This document shows, one piece after another, positions 19,560 through 30,400 of a stretch of 64,000 bases of DNA. Numbering within the stretch: the first letter of the stretch is position 1; each line of letters begins with the position of its first letter. This stretch comes from an uncultured Planctomycetaceae bacterium (GTDB taxonomy: Bacteria; Planctomycetota; Planctomycetia; Planctomycetales; Planctomycetaceae): assembly GCA_963976765.1 (NCBI GenBank), contig CAXBME010000010.1:124001-188000 (forward strand). Direction: 5' to 3'. A program made the translations under genes and the position numbers. The notes under the pieces were generated by a model that had not been told where the DNA came from, did no database searches, and was given only the letters and a program-made list of their open reading frames with translations.

Positions 19560-22328
19560 ATGATCAAGAACATGATTTCAAAAATCCTGCCACTGCTCGT
19601 GCTGTCTGCTGTGTTGAATGTTTCAGCTGTCGCGCATGCGGATGAGCCATCCGATGGCGAAAAGCTGTTCGCGTTGAAGGTGAAGTCTCTCTTCGCCAAA
19701 AAGTGCATTGCCTGCCACGGCGACGCCCCTGACGAAATCGCTGGCGGATTCGACATGCGCTCGCGCGAGGCCATGCTCAAAGGCGGCGAGAGCTTTTCAG
19801 AAAAAACGCTCGTTCCCGGCAAAGGTGAATCGAGTTTTCTTTACATCGCCACGACGCGCTCCGAAGAGGGTTACGAAATGCCTCCGAAAGAGGCCGAACG
19901 GCTCACTCAGGAACAGCAGTGGTGGATCCGCGACTGGATCACGGCGGGCGCTCCCTGGCCAGACGAAACCAGGGTCGCGGAAATTCAGAACAAATACGCA
20001 GAAGGAGTCATCGTCGAGACGTCGGGCGGGCTGAGCGACGACTGGACCAATCGCCGTTACAAACCGGAGCATCTCTGGGCTTACCAACCGCTCAACGTCG
20101 AAGAAGTTCCGAAGGATGCACACCCCGTCGACTGGTTCATCGACCGCAAGTTGAAAGAAACTGGCCTGAAACCGGCGCCGGTCGCTCAGCCGCGAGAACT
20201 GGCAAGAAGACTCAGTTTCGGAATCACCGGACTGCCGCCGCTGCCGATCGACGCTGCGCGCTTCGAAGCAACCGCCAGGCAGGATGTCAACGCGGCGGTG
20301 CTGGATTACTCCCGCAGGCTGATGACAACGCCTCACTATGGTGAGCATTTCGGAAGACACTGGCTCGACGTCGCGAGGTATGCGGACTCGGCTGGCTTTG
20401 CCAATGACTATTCACGGCCCAACGCCTGGCGATATCGCGACTACGTCATCCGATCGTTCAACACCGACAAGCCATACGACGAGTTTGTCCGCGAACAGAT
20501 CGCAGGCGACGAGATGTTGAAGGATGAAGGCAAAGGGCAGAAGGATGAAGTCGCTCCGATGGACAATACCCATCCATCGGAATTGCTTGTCGCGACTGGT
20601 TTCCTGCGAATGGGGCCGTGGGAGCAGACGGCGATGAGCGTATTTCGGATCACTCGTCAGCAATGGCTCGATGACGTCACTGATTCCGTCGGGCAGACAT
20701 TCCTGGGCCATGCTCTGCAATGTGCAAAGTGTCACGACCATAAGTTCGACCCCATCCCGACGCGCGACTACTACAGCATGATGGCGGTTTTCTCGACGAC
20801 TCAATTTGTTGAGCGGGACGCTCCGTTCACGGCAGACGAAAACCTGACTGGTTTCAAGTCGGCGACTGAGTGGACCCAGGCCAAGATCGCGGCGTATTCA
20901 AAGGAGAGAAAAGAACTCAACGCACGAGTTGAACAGAATCGGAAAAAGGAAAGGGGAAACGCAAAAGTCGGCGACAACGGACTCGACCCCGGCGACGAAG
21001 CGTCGCTCGCTCGCATGGGCAAGAACATTTCCCGGCACAACTGGGAGTACGACAAGACCAGGCCCATTGCCTTCAGCGTTTACACTGGCCATACGATTCA
21101 GCGAGGAAACGTCGGCTCCCGAATCGCGATGCCCGACAATCCGTGGGGCAAAAAAGGATATCTCGAAGAAGATACTATCCTGACCGGCGGAGATGCTTAC
21201 TCGCGCGGTGACGCCGTCAAACCAGGGTCGATCAGCGCTGCCGAAAAACTTGGCGGCATGGCCGTCGCAGCGTTTCCTGATGGGCAGAGCAATCGACGTC
21301 TCGCACTGGCCGAATGGATTGTCGACAAAAGAAATCCGTTAACCGCACGAGTTATCGTAAACCGAGTCTGGGCCTGGCACTTCGGCAAAGGACTCGCCGG
21401 CAACCCAAACAACTTCGGCGCAACCGGTAAGCTGCCCACTCATCCGGCGCTGCTCGATTACCTCGCGAACTGGTTCATGGACCACGACTGGTCGGTCAAA
21501 AGGCTGAACGAGCTGATTCTGACTTCGGCCACTTATCGAAGAAGCTCGCGGCATCCGGATCTTCAAATGCTGGGTGAAAAGGATCCGGCCCGAGACCTCT
21601 ACTCCACCTTTCTCCCGCGTCGATTAACCGCCGAAGAGTTGCGAGATTCGATGCTGGCTGTCAGCGGCGAACTGAACCGTCAGGTCGGAGGAATTCCGTG
21701 CCGACCGGACATCAACCTCGAAGTCGCCATGCAGCCGCGTCAGATCATGGGCGGCACGGCTTCGGTTTATGAACCCGATCCGCTGCCGGAACAGCGTAAC
21801 CGACGCAGCATCTACGCCGAAAAGATTCGCGGGCTTCGCGATCCGTTTCTGGAAGCCTTTAACCAGCCCGGTCCGGACAAGTCGTGCGAGCTTCGTGAAA
21901 CGTCGACCGTAGCGCCGCAGGCGCTGACCCTGTTCAACGCGGACGAAGTACAGGATCGATCGCTGGCGATGGCCGCTCGTTTAACGAAAGAATTAAGCGA
22001 CGATACCGCGATCGTGAAACGGGCCTTTGAACTGGCTCTGGGACGTGCACCAGCCAGCGATGAACTGAAATCCTGCCTCGCGCACTGGACGCAGGCCACG
22101 CAGGAAGAAACCAGCAAGCACTACGAACTGAAGAAGATTTCCAGCCACGTCAAACGCACCGTCATGGCCGAAAAAACGGGCGAACCATACGACTTCATCG
22201 AGTTCATGCCTGCTTATGAAAACTACGTTCCCGATCTCCAGCCCGCGCAAACGGATGCTCGTACTCGAGGCTTCGCAGCCGTCTGCCTGGTGATCTTCAA
22301 TCTGAACGAATTTTCCTACATCGATTGA
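19560..22328 (+). CDS. Planctomycete cytochrome c / DUF1549 / DUF1553 protein
   Basis: CIACH, WIRDWITAGAPWP, YGEHFGRHWLDVARYADS, CAKCHDHKFDP, NPLTARVIVNRVW, PTHPALLD. Confidence 0.92.
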   Translation: MIKNMISKILPLLVLSAVLNVSAVAHADEPSDGEKLFALKVKSLFAKKCIACHGDAPDEIAGGFDMRSREAMLKGGESFSEKTLVPGKGESSFLYIATTRSEEGYEMPPKEAERLTQEQQWWIRDWITAGAPWPDETRVAEIQNKYAEGVIVETSGGLSDDWTNRRYKPEHLWAYQPLNVEEVPKDAHPVDWFIDRKLKETGLKPAPVAQPRELARRLSFGITGLPPLPIDAARFEATARQDVNAAVLDYSRRLMTTPHYGEHFGRHWLDVARYADSAGFANDYSRPNAWRYRDYVIRSFNTDKPYDEFVREQIAGDEMLKDEGKGQKDEVAPMDNTHPSELLVATGFLRMGPWEQTAMSVFRITRQQWLDDVTDSVGQTFLGHALQCAKCHDHKFDPIPTRDYYSMMAVFSTTQFVERDAPFTADENLTGFKSATEWTQAKIAAYSKERKELNARVEQNRKKERGNAKVGDNGLDPGDEASLARMGKNISRHNWEYDKTRPIAFSVYTGHTIQRGNVGSRIAMPDNPWGKKGYLEEDTILTGGDAYSRGDAVKPGSISAAEKLGGMAVAAFPDGQSNRRLALAEWIVDKRNPLTARVIVNRVWAWHFGKGLAGNPNNFGATGKLPTHPALLDYLANWFMDHDWSVKRLNELILTSATYRRSSRHPDLQMLGEKDPARDLYSTFLPRRLTAEELRDSMLAVSGELNRQVGGIPCRPDINLEVAMQPRQIMGGTASVYEPDPLPEQRNRRSIYAEKIRGLRDPFLEAFNQPGPDKSCELRETSTVAPQALTLFNADEVQDRSLAMAARLTKELSDDTAIVKRAFELALGRAPASDELKSCLAHWTQATQEETSKHYELKKISSHVKRTVMAEKTGEPYDFIEFMPAYENYVPDLQPAQTDARTRGFAAVCLVIFNLNEFSYID

Positions 22329-22330
22329 TC

Positions 22331-23734
22331 ATGAATACTCACCTCACACACACAGTAATGCCGAGTCGACGAGACTTTCTGTACGGTCTGGGAGCCGGTC
22401 TTGGCACCGTGGCTTTTTCGTCGATGCTGGCGGCGGATGAGCAGTCTTCGGTTGGCAAGTCTCAACCGCTGGCCAAAGCGAAGCGTTGTATCTTCCTCTT
22501 CATGGAGGGAGGACCATCTCACCTGGACACGTTCGATCCAAAAATTGAACTGACGAAACGGCATCTTCAGGAGTTCTCGCGGTCCGGCGAGCAGGAAAGC
22601 GCGATGTCCTCCGGCAAGCGATACTTCGTCAAGAGCCCCTTCAACTTTATCAAGGCGGGAGAAAGCGGGGCGGACATCTGCACCGAGTGGACGTATCTCA
22701 AAGACCAGGTCGACGACCTCTGTTTTTATCGAGGAGCGAAGGTCGAATCGGTCAACCATCCCACCGCGTGCTACCACATCAACACGGGAAATCAGTTTGG
22801 CGGCGACCCGGGAATCGGTGCCTGGGTTAACTACGGGCTGGGCACGGACAATCAGAACCTGCCGGGGTTCGTCGTGCTGCCCCGCGAGAGCTATCCGCAG
22901 GGCGGAGCTGCCAACTGGTCGAACGGTTTTCTGCCGGCGGAGTTTCAGGGCACGCCGCTTCGTCCAGCAGGCAGCCCGATCCTGGATCTGAATCCACCAC
23001 CCGGAGTGACTCCCGAACGCCAGCGCAGCAATCTCGATCTACTCGCCACGTTGAACGGTAAACATCTCGAACAGCGTCCCGGCCGCAGCGATCTGGAAGC
23101 GAGGATGAGTTCTTACGAACTCGCCTACCGCATGCAGACCGAAGTACCCGGCGTCCTGGATATCGACGGCGAGACGAAAGAAACGCTCGATTTGTACGGC
23201 ATCGGCGATTCAAAGACCGACGCGTTTGGGCGTAAGTGTCTGCTCGCTCGGCGGCTTGTCGAAAAGGGCGTCCGCTTTGTCCAGGCTTACGCCGGCAACT
23301 GGGACAGCCACGATTATATTGAGCGAGCGCACGGTTCGCTGATCCGCTCCGTCGATCGACCCATCGCCGCGCTACTGCGAGATCTCAAAGAGCGAGGTCT
23401 GCTCGACGATACGCTGGTTGTTTTCTGCGGCGAGTTCGGTCGCACACCGGACAACGGTTTGCGCGGCGGCGGGAAATCGTACGGGCGAGACCACAACGCC
23501 AAGGCGATGACCATGTGGTTTGCCGGTGGCGGCACGAACGCCGGTCACACCATCGGTGCAACCGACGATGTCGGAGCCGAAGCCGTTGAATGCGTGCATC
23601 ACATCCGCGATGTCCACGTCACGCTGCTGCATCTGCTCGGCCTGGACGACAACCGCCTGACGTACTACCACGCCGGCCGATTCAAACAGCTCAGCCAGTT
23701 CGGCGGCAAAGTGATCAACGAATTGATTGCCTGA
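22331..23734 (+). CDS. DUF1501 family protein (Tat-exported)
   Basis: SRRDFL, FLFMEGGPSHLDTFDPK, LARRLVEKGVRFVQ, GEFGRTP, GRDH. Confidence 0.92.
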   Translation: MNTHLTHTVMPSRRDFLYGLGAGLGTVAFSSMLAADEQSSVGKSQPLAKAKRCIFLFMEGGPSHLDTFDPKIELTKRHLQEFSRSGEQESAMSSGKRYFVKSPFNFIKAGESGADICTEWTYLKDQVDDLCFYRGAKVESVNHPTACYHINTGNQFGGDPGIGAWVNYGLGTDNQNLPGFVVLPRESYPQGGAANWSNGFLPAEFQGTPLRPAGSPILDLNPPPGVTPERQRSNLDLLATLNGKHLEQRPGRSDLEARMSSYELAYRMQTEVPGVLDIDGETKETLDLYGIGDSKTDAFGRKCLLARRLVEKGVRFVQAYAGNWDSHDYIERAHGSLIRSVDRPIAALLRDLKERGLLDDTLVVFCGEFGRTPDNGLRGGGKSYGRDHNAKAMTMWFAGGGTNAGHTIGATDDVGAEAVECVHHIRDVHVTLLHLLGLDDNRLTYYHAGRFKQLSQFGGKVINELIA

Positions 23735-23792
23735 CGCCTCCCCGACTGAGAACAACTCAGCCCTGACGCGCACATCATAATGAGAACGGTTG

Positions 23793-25313
23793 TTACGACA
23801 GTCCGTAAAGCGTTCCAAAGCGATTATTGAGATGCTTCATCAATGGCTCGTGAGACAACGGTTTGCCGGTGACGTGTTCGACCAGTTCGCCGGCTGAGTA
23901 TTTCTTGCCGGGATGGTGAATCTTTTCGTTGAGCCACTTCTTGAGCGGCTGAAATTCTCCTCGCGCGAACTGGTCGTGCAGGCCGCCGAGTTCTTCATCA
24001 GCCGTGTCGAAGAACTGCGCCGCGTACATGTTGCCCAGTGCGTAGGTTGGGAAATAACCCAGCAGGCCGGCGCTCCAGTGAATGTCCTGCAGGCAACCGT
24101 GTGAATCGTCTTTCGGAGTAATGCCGAAGTAACGAGCGAACGTTTCGTTCCAGACGCCGGGCAGCTCAGCCGGTTTCAGATCACCGGAAAGCATCGCCTG
24201 CTCCAGTTCGAAACGCAGCATGATGTGCAGGTTGTAGGTGACCTCGTCCGCTTCGACTCGGATGAACGATGGTCGAACGTCGTTGACGGCCCAGTGGAAT
24301 TCATCCTGTGTGACGTTCGAAAGTGCTGCGGAAAACGCGGTTTGTGCTTTCGGGAAGAAGTGCTGCCAGAACGCCGGACTGCGTCCAACGAGGTTCTCCC
24401 ACATGCGGGATTGCGATTCGTGGATTCCCAGCGAAACGGTTTCTCCCATTGCCGTACCGAACGCGTCCTTGTCCAGCCCCTGCTCGTAAATGCCGTGGCC
24501 GGCTTCGTGAAGCGTGCCGAAGAAGGCTCCCGAAAAGTGATGCTCGTCGTACCGCGTCGTCAGGCGACAGTCGCCAGGTCCAAAACCGCTGCAGAACGGG
24601 TGGGTGGCGATGTCCAGTCGCCCGGAGTCAAAACAGAAACCAATAGCCGTTGCGGCATCGATGCCGAACTGTCGTTGCGCGTCGACCGGGTATGACCTGG
24701 TAATAATCGTGGTGTCAGGTTGCCGTCCGGATTCTCGAATTGCCGCGACCAGCGGAACCAGTTCGTCACGCAGCGGGGCAAAGGCTGCCTGGATGCTCGC
24801 CGCGGTCGCGCCAGGTTCGTACTCATCGAGCAAGGCGTCATACGGCTGGCCGTCACCATAGCCGAGTGCTTCTGCCTCTTCGCGTTTCAGGCCAAGCGTC
24901 CTGATGAGCCACGGTTCGAACGCCGAGTAATCTGATTTTTTGCGGGCTTCAACCCATGCCTGCTGAGCGAGCGTGGTAACTCGCGAAAGATCTTCGACCA
25001 GTTTCTGAGGCAGCTTCGTTGATCGGTCGAAGTATCGGCGCGCATGTTTCACGTTGATCTGAGCGTCAGAACCTTCGCCACCCAGATCAGTCGCGACTTC
25101 CAGTTCAGACAACAGCTCACCGATACGCGGATGAATCGCCAGTTCGTGAGTCATACCGGCCAGTAAGGCCAGTTGTTCCGCTCGATGTTCGCCGCCGGCA
25201 AGTGGCAGATTGACCTGCTCGTCCCAGCCCAGAACCGCCGAGCACGACCCCAGCAGTGCCGTTTTCTTCAGACGTCCGATGAGTTCTGAGTAGAGTTCCT
25301 GAGTCGCTGCCAT
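23793..25313 (-). CDS. Carboxypeptidase M32 (Taq) family
   Basis: HPFC, HEAGH, HESQSR, IRVEADEVTY, GCLQDIHW, GYFPTYALG. Confidence 0.95.
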   Translation of the reverse strand: MAATQELYSELIGRLKKTALLGSCSAVLGWDEQVNLPLAGGEHRAEQLALLAGMTHELAIHPRIGELLSELEVATDLGGEGSDAQINVKHARRYFDRSTKLPQKLVEDLSRVTTLAQQAWVEARKKSDYSAFEPWLIRTLGLKREEAEALGYGDGQPYDALLDEYEPGATAASIQAAFAPLRDELVPLVAAIRESGRQPDTTIITRSYPVDAQRQFGIDAATAIGFCFDSGRLDIATHPFCSGFGPGDCRLTTRYDEHHFSGAFFGTLHEAGHGIYEQGLDKDAFGTAMGETVSLGIHESQSRMWENLVGRSPAFWQHFFPKAQTAFSAALSNVTQDEFHWAVNDVRPSFIRVEADEVTYNLHIMLRFELEQAMLSGDLKPAELPGVWNETFARYFGITPKDDSHGCLQDIHWSAGLLGYFPTYALGNMYAAQFFDTADEELGGLHDQFARGEFQPLKKWLNEKIHHPGKKYSAGELVEHVTGKPLSHEPLMKHLNNRFGTLYGLS

Positions 25314-25545
25314 GGTCGATCCTTCGGTGATGAAATATTAGTTCGCAGGTTTCCAGCCGGGCATGATTGCGAACCGAAGTGACTCTGACGAGTGAGCAAA
25401 CTCTCGATTCGTTTTGCCGGCGCGGGAATGACAAAATACTCAGACCGTGCTCGAACTCGCGGTTCCGGCCCTCTTCCGCCAGGATACCAGCTCTGTGTTG
25501 ATTCTCCATCTCACTCCGTGAACTCAGCTCGACGGAACGACATTC

Positions 25546-27192
25546 ATGGCGAAATATCTGACGGCTCCTGATCCCAACGAAACCGGCTGGCCGAAAGGCG
25601 TCAAATACATCATCGGGAACGAGGGCTGCGAACGGTTCAGCTTCTACGGAATGAAGTCAATTCTGCAGGTCCATCTGACGACGCTTTTCGTCGCTGCTGG
25701 CATGTACAGGGAAATTGGCTCCGAGAACGCTCAGGAAATGGTCCATCTGTTTGTCGCGGGCGTGTACGCGTTTCCGATGATCGGAGCGATCATCGCTGAC
25801 CGGCTACTTGGCAAATATCACACGATTATCTGGCTGTCGCTGGTCTACTGTCTGGGCCACTTCGTCCTGGCTATTGCCGAGAATTCCATCGGCGGCATGT
25901 GGCTCGGTCTGGGATTGATTGCGATCGGGTCTGGCGGAATTAAGCCGTGTGTTTCGGCTCACGTCGGAGACCAGTTTGGCAAGGGCAACTGGAAACTCGT
26001 CGACAAAGTCTTCCAGGCGTTTTACTTCATTATCAATTTCGGATCGTTCTTCTCGACACTGATGATTCCGTGGGTCAAAGAAGAGATTGGCACCAGCGTT
26101 GCGTTCGGTATTCCTGGCGTCCTGATGTTTCTCGCAACGATCATGTTCTGGATGGGTCGAAAGGTGTTTGTGCATGTGCCGCCGCACCCCGGCGGGCGAA
26201 CCGGCCTGCTTGACGCGTTCGGAGCGACGCTGCTTTTCATGGGATTTATCGGGTTACCGCTGTTCGCCTGGGGAGTTCTGTCGTTTTCGGCAAACGTCTT
26301 CCTGACTGTCAGCAGCATTCTGATCGGGCTTTGGGTGTTCGAAGAGCGGCAGGCGATCAAGCAGGACGATGGCTTCCTCGCCGTGATGTTCTGCGCGGTC
26401 GAATCGTTGTTGAAAGGCGGCGGCCTGAAATCACGACAATCTCTGGACGCGAGCGTCCCAGCCGACTCGATGAAGCGTCACTGGTTCTTCGGTCCGGCGG
26501 CAATCAGGTTCGGAGAAGAAGCTGCCGAGGGGCCAAAGGCTGTCCTGAAGATTATCAGCGTATTCTTTCTGATCAGCGTTTTCTGGGCATTGTTCGATCA
26601 GCACGCGTCGAGTTGGGTTCGACAGGCTGAGTTGATGGATCTGAACCTTTACGCTCCGTGGACAGACTCTGTCCTCATGTCGTTTTATCCGAGCCAGATT
26701 TCCGCACTGAACCCGCTGATGGTCATGGCGTTGATTCCGTTCAATATGTTCTTCCTTTACCCGTTCATCACGAAGCGTGGCTGGGAGATGACTCCGCTTC
26801 GCAAGATGACAATCGGGATGGCAACAGCCAGCGTTGCTTTCGTGGTGGTGGCACTGATTCAGGCGAGAATCGAAGCTGCCGAAACGGCAAACTCTGTTTC
26901 TGTGCTCTGGCAGTTTTTCCCTTATCTCATAATGACCCAGGCGGAAGTCATGGTGTCGATTACGGGTTTGGAGTTTGCCTACACGCAGGCACCAACTCGG
27001 ATGAAGTCAACAATCATGGGCTTCTGGCTGCTGAGCGTTTCACTGGGCAACAAGTTAACCGCAGTTGTGACCAAGCTGCCGGACATGGATCTGCTGACTT
27101 CATTCTGGGCTTTCGCCGGATTGATGGCCGCTGCCGCGTTGCTGTTTGCGTTGAGGTCGGCGTTCTACAAGTACCGGTATTACACGCAGTAA
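25546..27192 (+). CDS. POT/PTR family proton-dependent oligopeptide transporter
   Basis: NEGCERFSFYG (ExxERF), GSGGIKPCVSAHVGDQF, FYFIINFGS, GLEFAYTQAP. Confidence 0.95.
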   Translation: MAKYLTAPDPNETGWPKGVKYIIGNEGCERFSFYGMKSILQVHLTTLFVAAGMYREIGSENAQEMVHLFVAGVYAFPMIGAIIADRLLGKYHTIIWLSLVYCLGHFVLAIAENSIGGMWLGLGLIAIGSGGIKPCVSAHVGDQFGKGNWKLVDKVFQAFYFIINFGSFFSTLMIPWVKEEIGTSVAFGIPGVLMFLATIMFWMGRKVFVHVPPHPGGRTGLLDAFGATLLFMGFIGLPLFAWGVLSFSANVFLTVSSILIGLWVFEERQAIKQDDGFLAVMFCAVESLLKGGGLKSRQSLDASVPADSMKRHWFFGPAAIRFGEEAAEGPKAVLKIISVFFLISVFWALFDQHASSWVRQAELMDLNLYAPWTDSVLMSFYPSQISALNPLMVMALIPFNMFFLYPFITKRGWEMTPLRKMTIGMATASVAFVVVALIQARIEAAETANSVSVLWQFFPYLIMTQAEVMVSITGLEFAYTQAPTRMKSTIMGFWLLSVSLGNKLTAVVTKLPDMDLLTSFWAFAGLMAAAALLFALRSAFYKYRYYTQ

Positions 27193-27319
27193 GCAGTTCT
27201 GGAGACTGGGTTTGGCCAGGAGTCATCGGAGGAAGCAGAGACACAGTTTGAAGCCTGACTCTGTTCTTACTGCTTTTCCCTGCTCAAGCAGTAGGAACTG
27301 TCATATCAGTCTGTATTTC

Positions 27320-27375
27320 GTAGGGTGGGCACTGCCCACCTGCTTCAATCCAGTGGTGGGCGATGCCCACTCTGC
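27320..27375. repeat. REPIN-like element upstream of recC
   Basis: GTAGGGTGGGCACTGCCCACC-N14-GGTGGGCGATGCCCACTCTGC. Confidence 0.85.
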
Positions 27376-27405
27376 AGTTCCAGTGAATGTGGTGCGGAGT
27401 GGTCG

Positions 27406-30400
27406 ATGACGATCGACGTTTATGAGTCGACCAGTTTCGAATCGTTGTGGCACGAGTTCGAACGCTCGATCGCTTCGCCGATGTCGTCGCCGCTGGCTGT
27501 TGAGACGATCGTTGTTCCGGCGCGAGGCTGGGAGAGCTGGTTCAGTCGGCGACTGGCCAATCAGCGAGGATGCTGGGCACAGTTTCGGTTTCTACTGCCA
27601 GGACAGTGGATTTCGGAGACGCTCGAAAACAGCCTGGACGCGGATCAGGCTCCAAACCGCGAGCAGGATGCGCTGACATGGATCATCGCTCACCTGCTGC
27701 CTGGACTGCTTGACGACGACGCTTTCGGAGCGGTCCGCAGTTACCTGTTTCAACCGGAAGGAGGAACGGACCCTCAGCGATTGATCGATCTCAGCCGTTG
27801 CATCTCCGACTTGTTCGACCGGTATTTGCTGCACAGACCGGAGCTGATCGAGGCATGGAACCAGGGAGTCGACTGGCCCGGTTGCGGCGTCCCCACTCCC
27901 CCGGCAGCCGCCTGGCAACGTCGACTCTGGCAGGCAATTACTCAGGACAAGCGTCGGCGGTATCGGTCTGTCTCGGCGATGGCCGACGACCTGAAAACGT
28001 CCCTTCAGCCAGGCAGTAATCACATTCCCGAACGGCTGAGTGTCTGGCTGTCAGGTAGCGTCGTACCCGCGCATCTTCGTTTTCTGGAGGCGGTTGGCGA
28101 GCATTCAAACGTCGGACTCTATGTGCTGACTCCGGCGTGCGAATACTGGGGAGACATGTATGGCAAGCGTCAGTTGCTGCGGAAGCTGCGCGAACATTCT
28201 CAATCGTTACGCCAGTTCTGCACCGAGCACCACGTTGACCTGCTGCACCCGCTGCTGGCTTCAATGGGCGAACTTTCGCGACAGCAGCAGATGCTGATGG
28301 TCGATCTCGATTCAGCTCCGTGGCGGATTCGAGACGTGACCGTCGACACATCAGACGAAGACGACGCGTCTGCCGACGAAGAGGCGACACTGCTTTACGA
28401 ACTGCAAACCGACATTCATCTTGCGACAGAACCGGAGCGGCGAGAATTACCTCGTGACAACAGCGTGCGGATTCACAGTTGTCACAGCGCCATTCGCGAG
28501 GTGGAAGTTCTGCACGACCGGATTCGCGAGGCTCTTGAAGAGGATCCTGAACTGGCTCCCGAAGACATCGCGGTGTTCTGTCCGGACCTCGATAATTACG
28601 CGCCGCTGATTCAGGCGGTTTTCGGTCTGACTCGACCGGGAACCGGCGGGCACATTCCGTTTCAGGTGGCTGGTCGATCCGCTCGCCGAACACGACCGAT
28701 GATTGATGCCTGGCTCAAGGTGCTGGCCGTTTTCGAAAGCCGAGTCTCAGCGACGGACGTTCTCGACCTGCTCAACACAGAAGTTATTCGCAATCGCGTC
28801 GGACTCGACCTGCCCGAAGTCGAAAAGATCGCAGAATGGCTCGATGATGCCGGTGTCCGCTGGGGGCTGGACGCTGAGCATCGGCAATCCGAGGATCTGC
28901 CGGGCACGGATTTGAACACCTGGGAATTCGGACTGGACCGACTGACGCTTGGATACGCGATGCCCCCGGCGAGTTCTCAGATCGTTGGTCAAGTGGCGAC
29001 GCTCGATCGGGTCGAGGGGCTCTCCGGAGCGACGCTGGGACGGTTGTGGAGTCTGATTTCGCGGCTTCGACTTTGGCGAGACCGTATCGGTCAGGACAGG
29101 CCAATTGCCGACTGGCGCGAACCGCTCGGCAGAATCGCACGCGATTTTCTGGAGACGGAACTCGACGAAACGGGCTATCAGATCGTGCTGGATGCGATCG
29201 ATAAAGTTACCACGCTGGCCGAAGCCGGAGACTTCGACACGCCGGTTTCATTCGCCGTCGCGGTTCGAGAAGTAACCCGGCAACTGGATTCCGCATCCGC
29301 CGCTTCGTTCCGGCATGGCGGAGTCGTGTTCTGCGATCCGGGTGCCATGCGGAGCCTTCCATACAAAGTCATCTGTTTGCTGGGCATGAATGATGGTTTG
29401 TTTCCTCGCGGTGATCGATCCGTCGGTTTTGACCTGATGAGGTTTCAGAGCGTCCTCGGCGACAACCGACCGCGCGACGAAGATCGTCATCTGTTTCTGG
29501 AAGCGATTCTTGCGGCGAGCGACCGCCTGATCATCACGTGTCAGGGCCAGGACGTGCGGGATCAGCGACCGAGGCCACCCTCAGTACCGGTTCAGGAACT
29601 GCTCGACGTTCTTGAGCAAACCGACAACGAAGAACGAATTCGCGACACTCTTTTCATCCGACATCCACTCCAGGCTTTTTCTCCGCAGTACTTCAACGAG
29701 GTTGGGAATGTTCCTGCGAGTTTCGACGCGGCGGCGCTGCAGGCCGCTCGGCGTCTGCAGGAACAGTCGGAACAGGCAGCCGTCTTTGCTGAAGCTCCGC
29801 TGACCACGATCGTGAGATCGAATGGCGGGTTACGGGAAGCGATCGACGAACCAGAAAGTGTGACCATCGGCGAGTTGCGAACGCTCCTGGAAAAACCGTG
29901 GCGACTGTTCCTACGGCGAGTTGGTGTCGGCGATATTTCAGTCGCCGAAGACGGTCAGGATCGAGAACCGCTTGTTCTGAACCGGCTCGAGAACTGGCAG
30001 GTCGGCGACGTCTGGCTCCGGCAGACACAGGCTGGCGTTTCGGAAGAAGTGATCGCTCAGCAATTAATCAGAACGGGAAACATCCCGGCAGGCAGCGCTG
30101 GTGAGTCTGTCGTACGATCACTCAGGCAGGACGCCGCCCGAATCATCTCGGCAATGCAGAAGGCAAAGCTGGTGACAAACGCCGGAGCACTGCCGGTCAA
30201 TCTGCCCATCGCCGACATTGTTTTGACGGGTGAAGTCGGCGACTGGACCGGCGAGGCCATTCATCGCGGCATGTTCTCAAAAATGAAACCCAAATACGCA
30301 GCAAGACTGTGGATTGACCATCTGGTGGCGACGGCCAGCCACAAGCAGAGGCTTGAACCCGCCATACTCGTCGACCGCGAAGGGAAGTATTTGACGCTCG

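Noticed and set aside
27325..27405. Cys-rich N-terminal extension of RecC (and MGTAH start of truA at 61456)
   Set aside because: Artefact of reading through REP palindromes; real starts are 27406 and 61519
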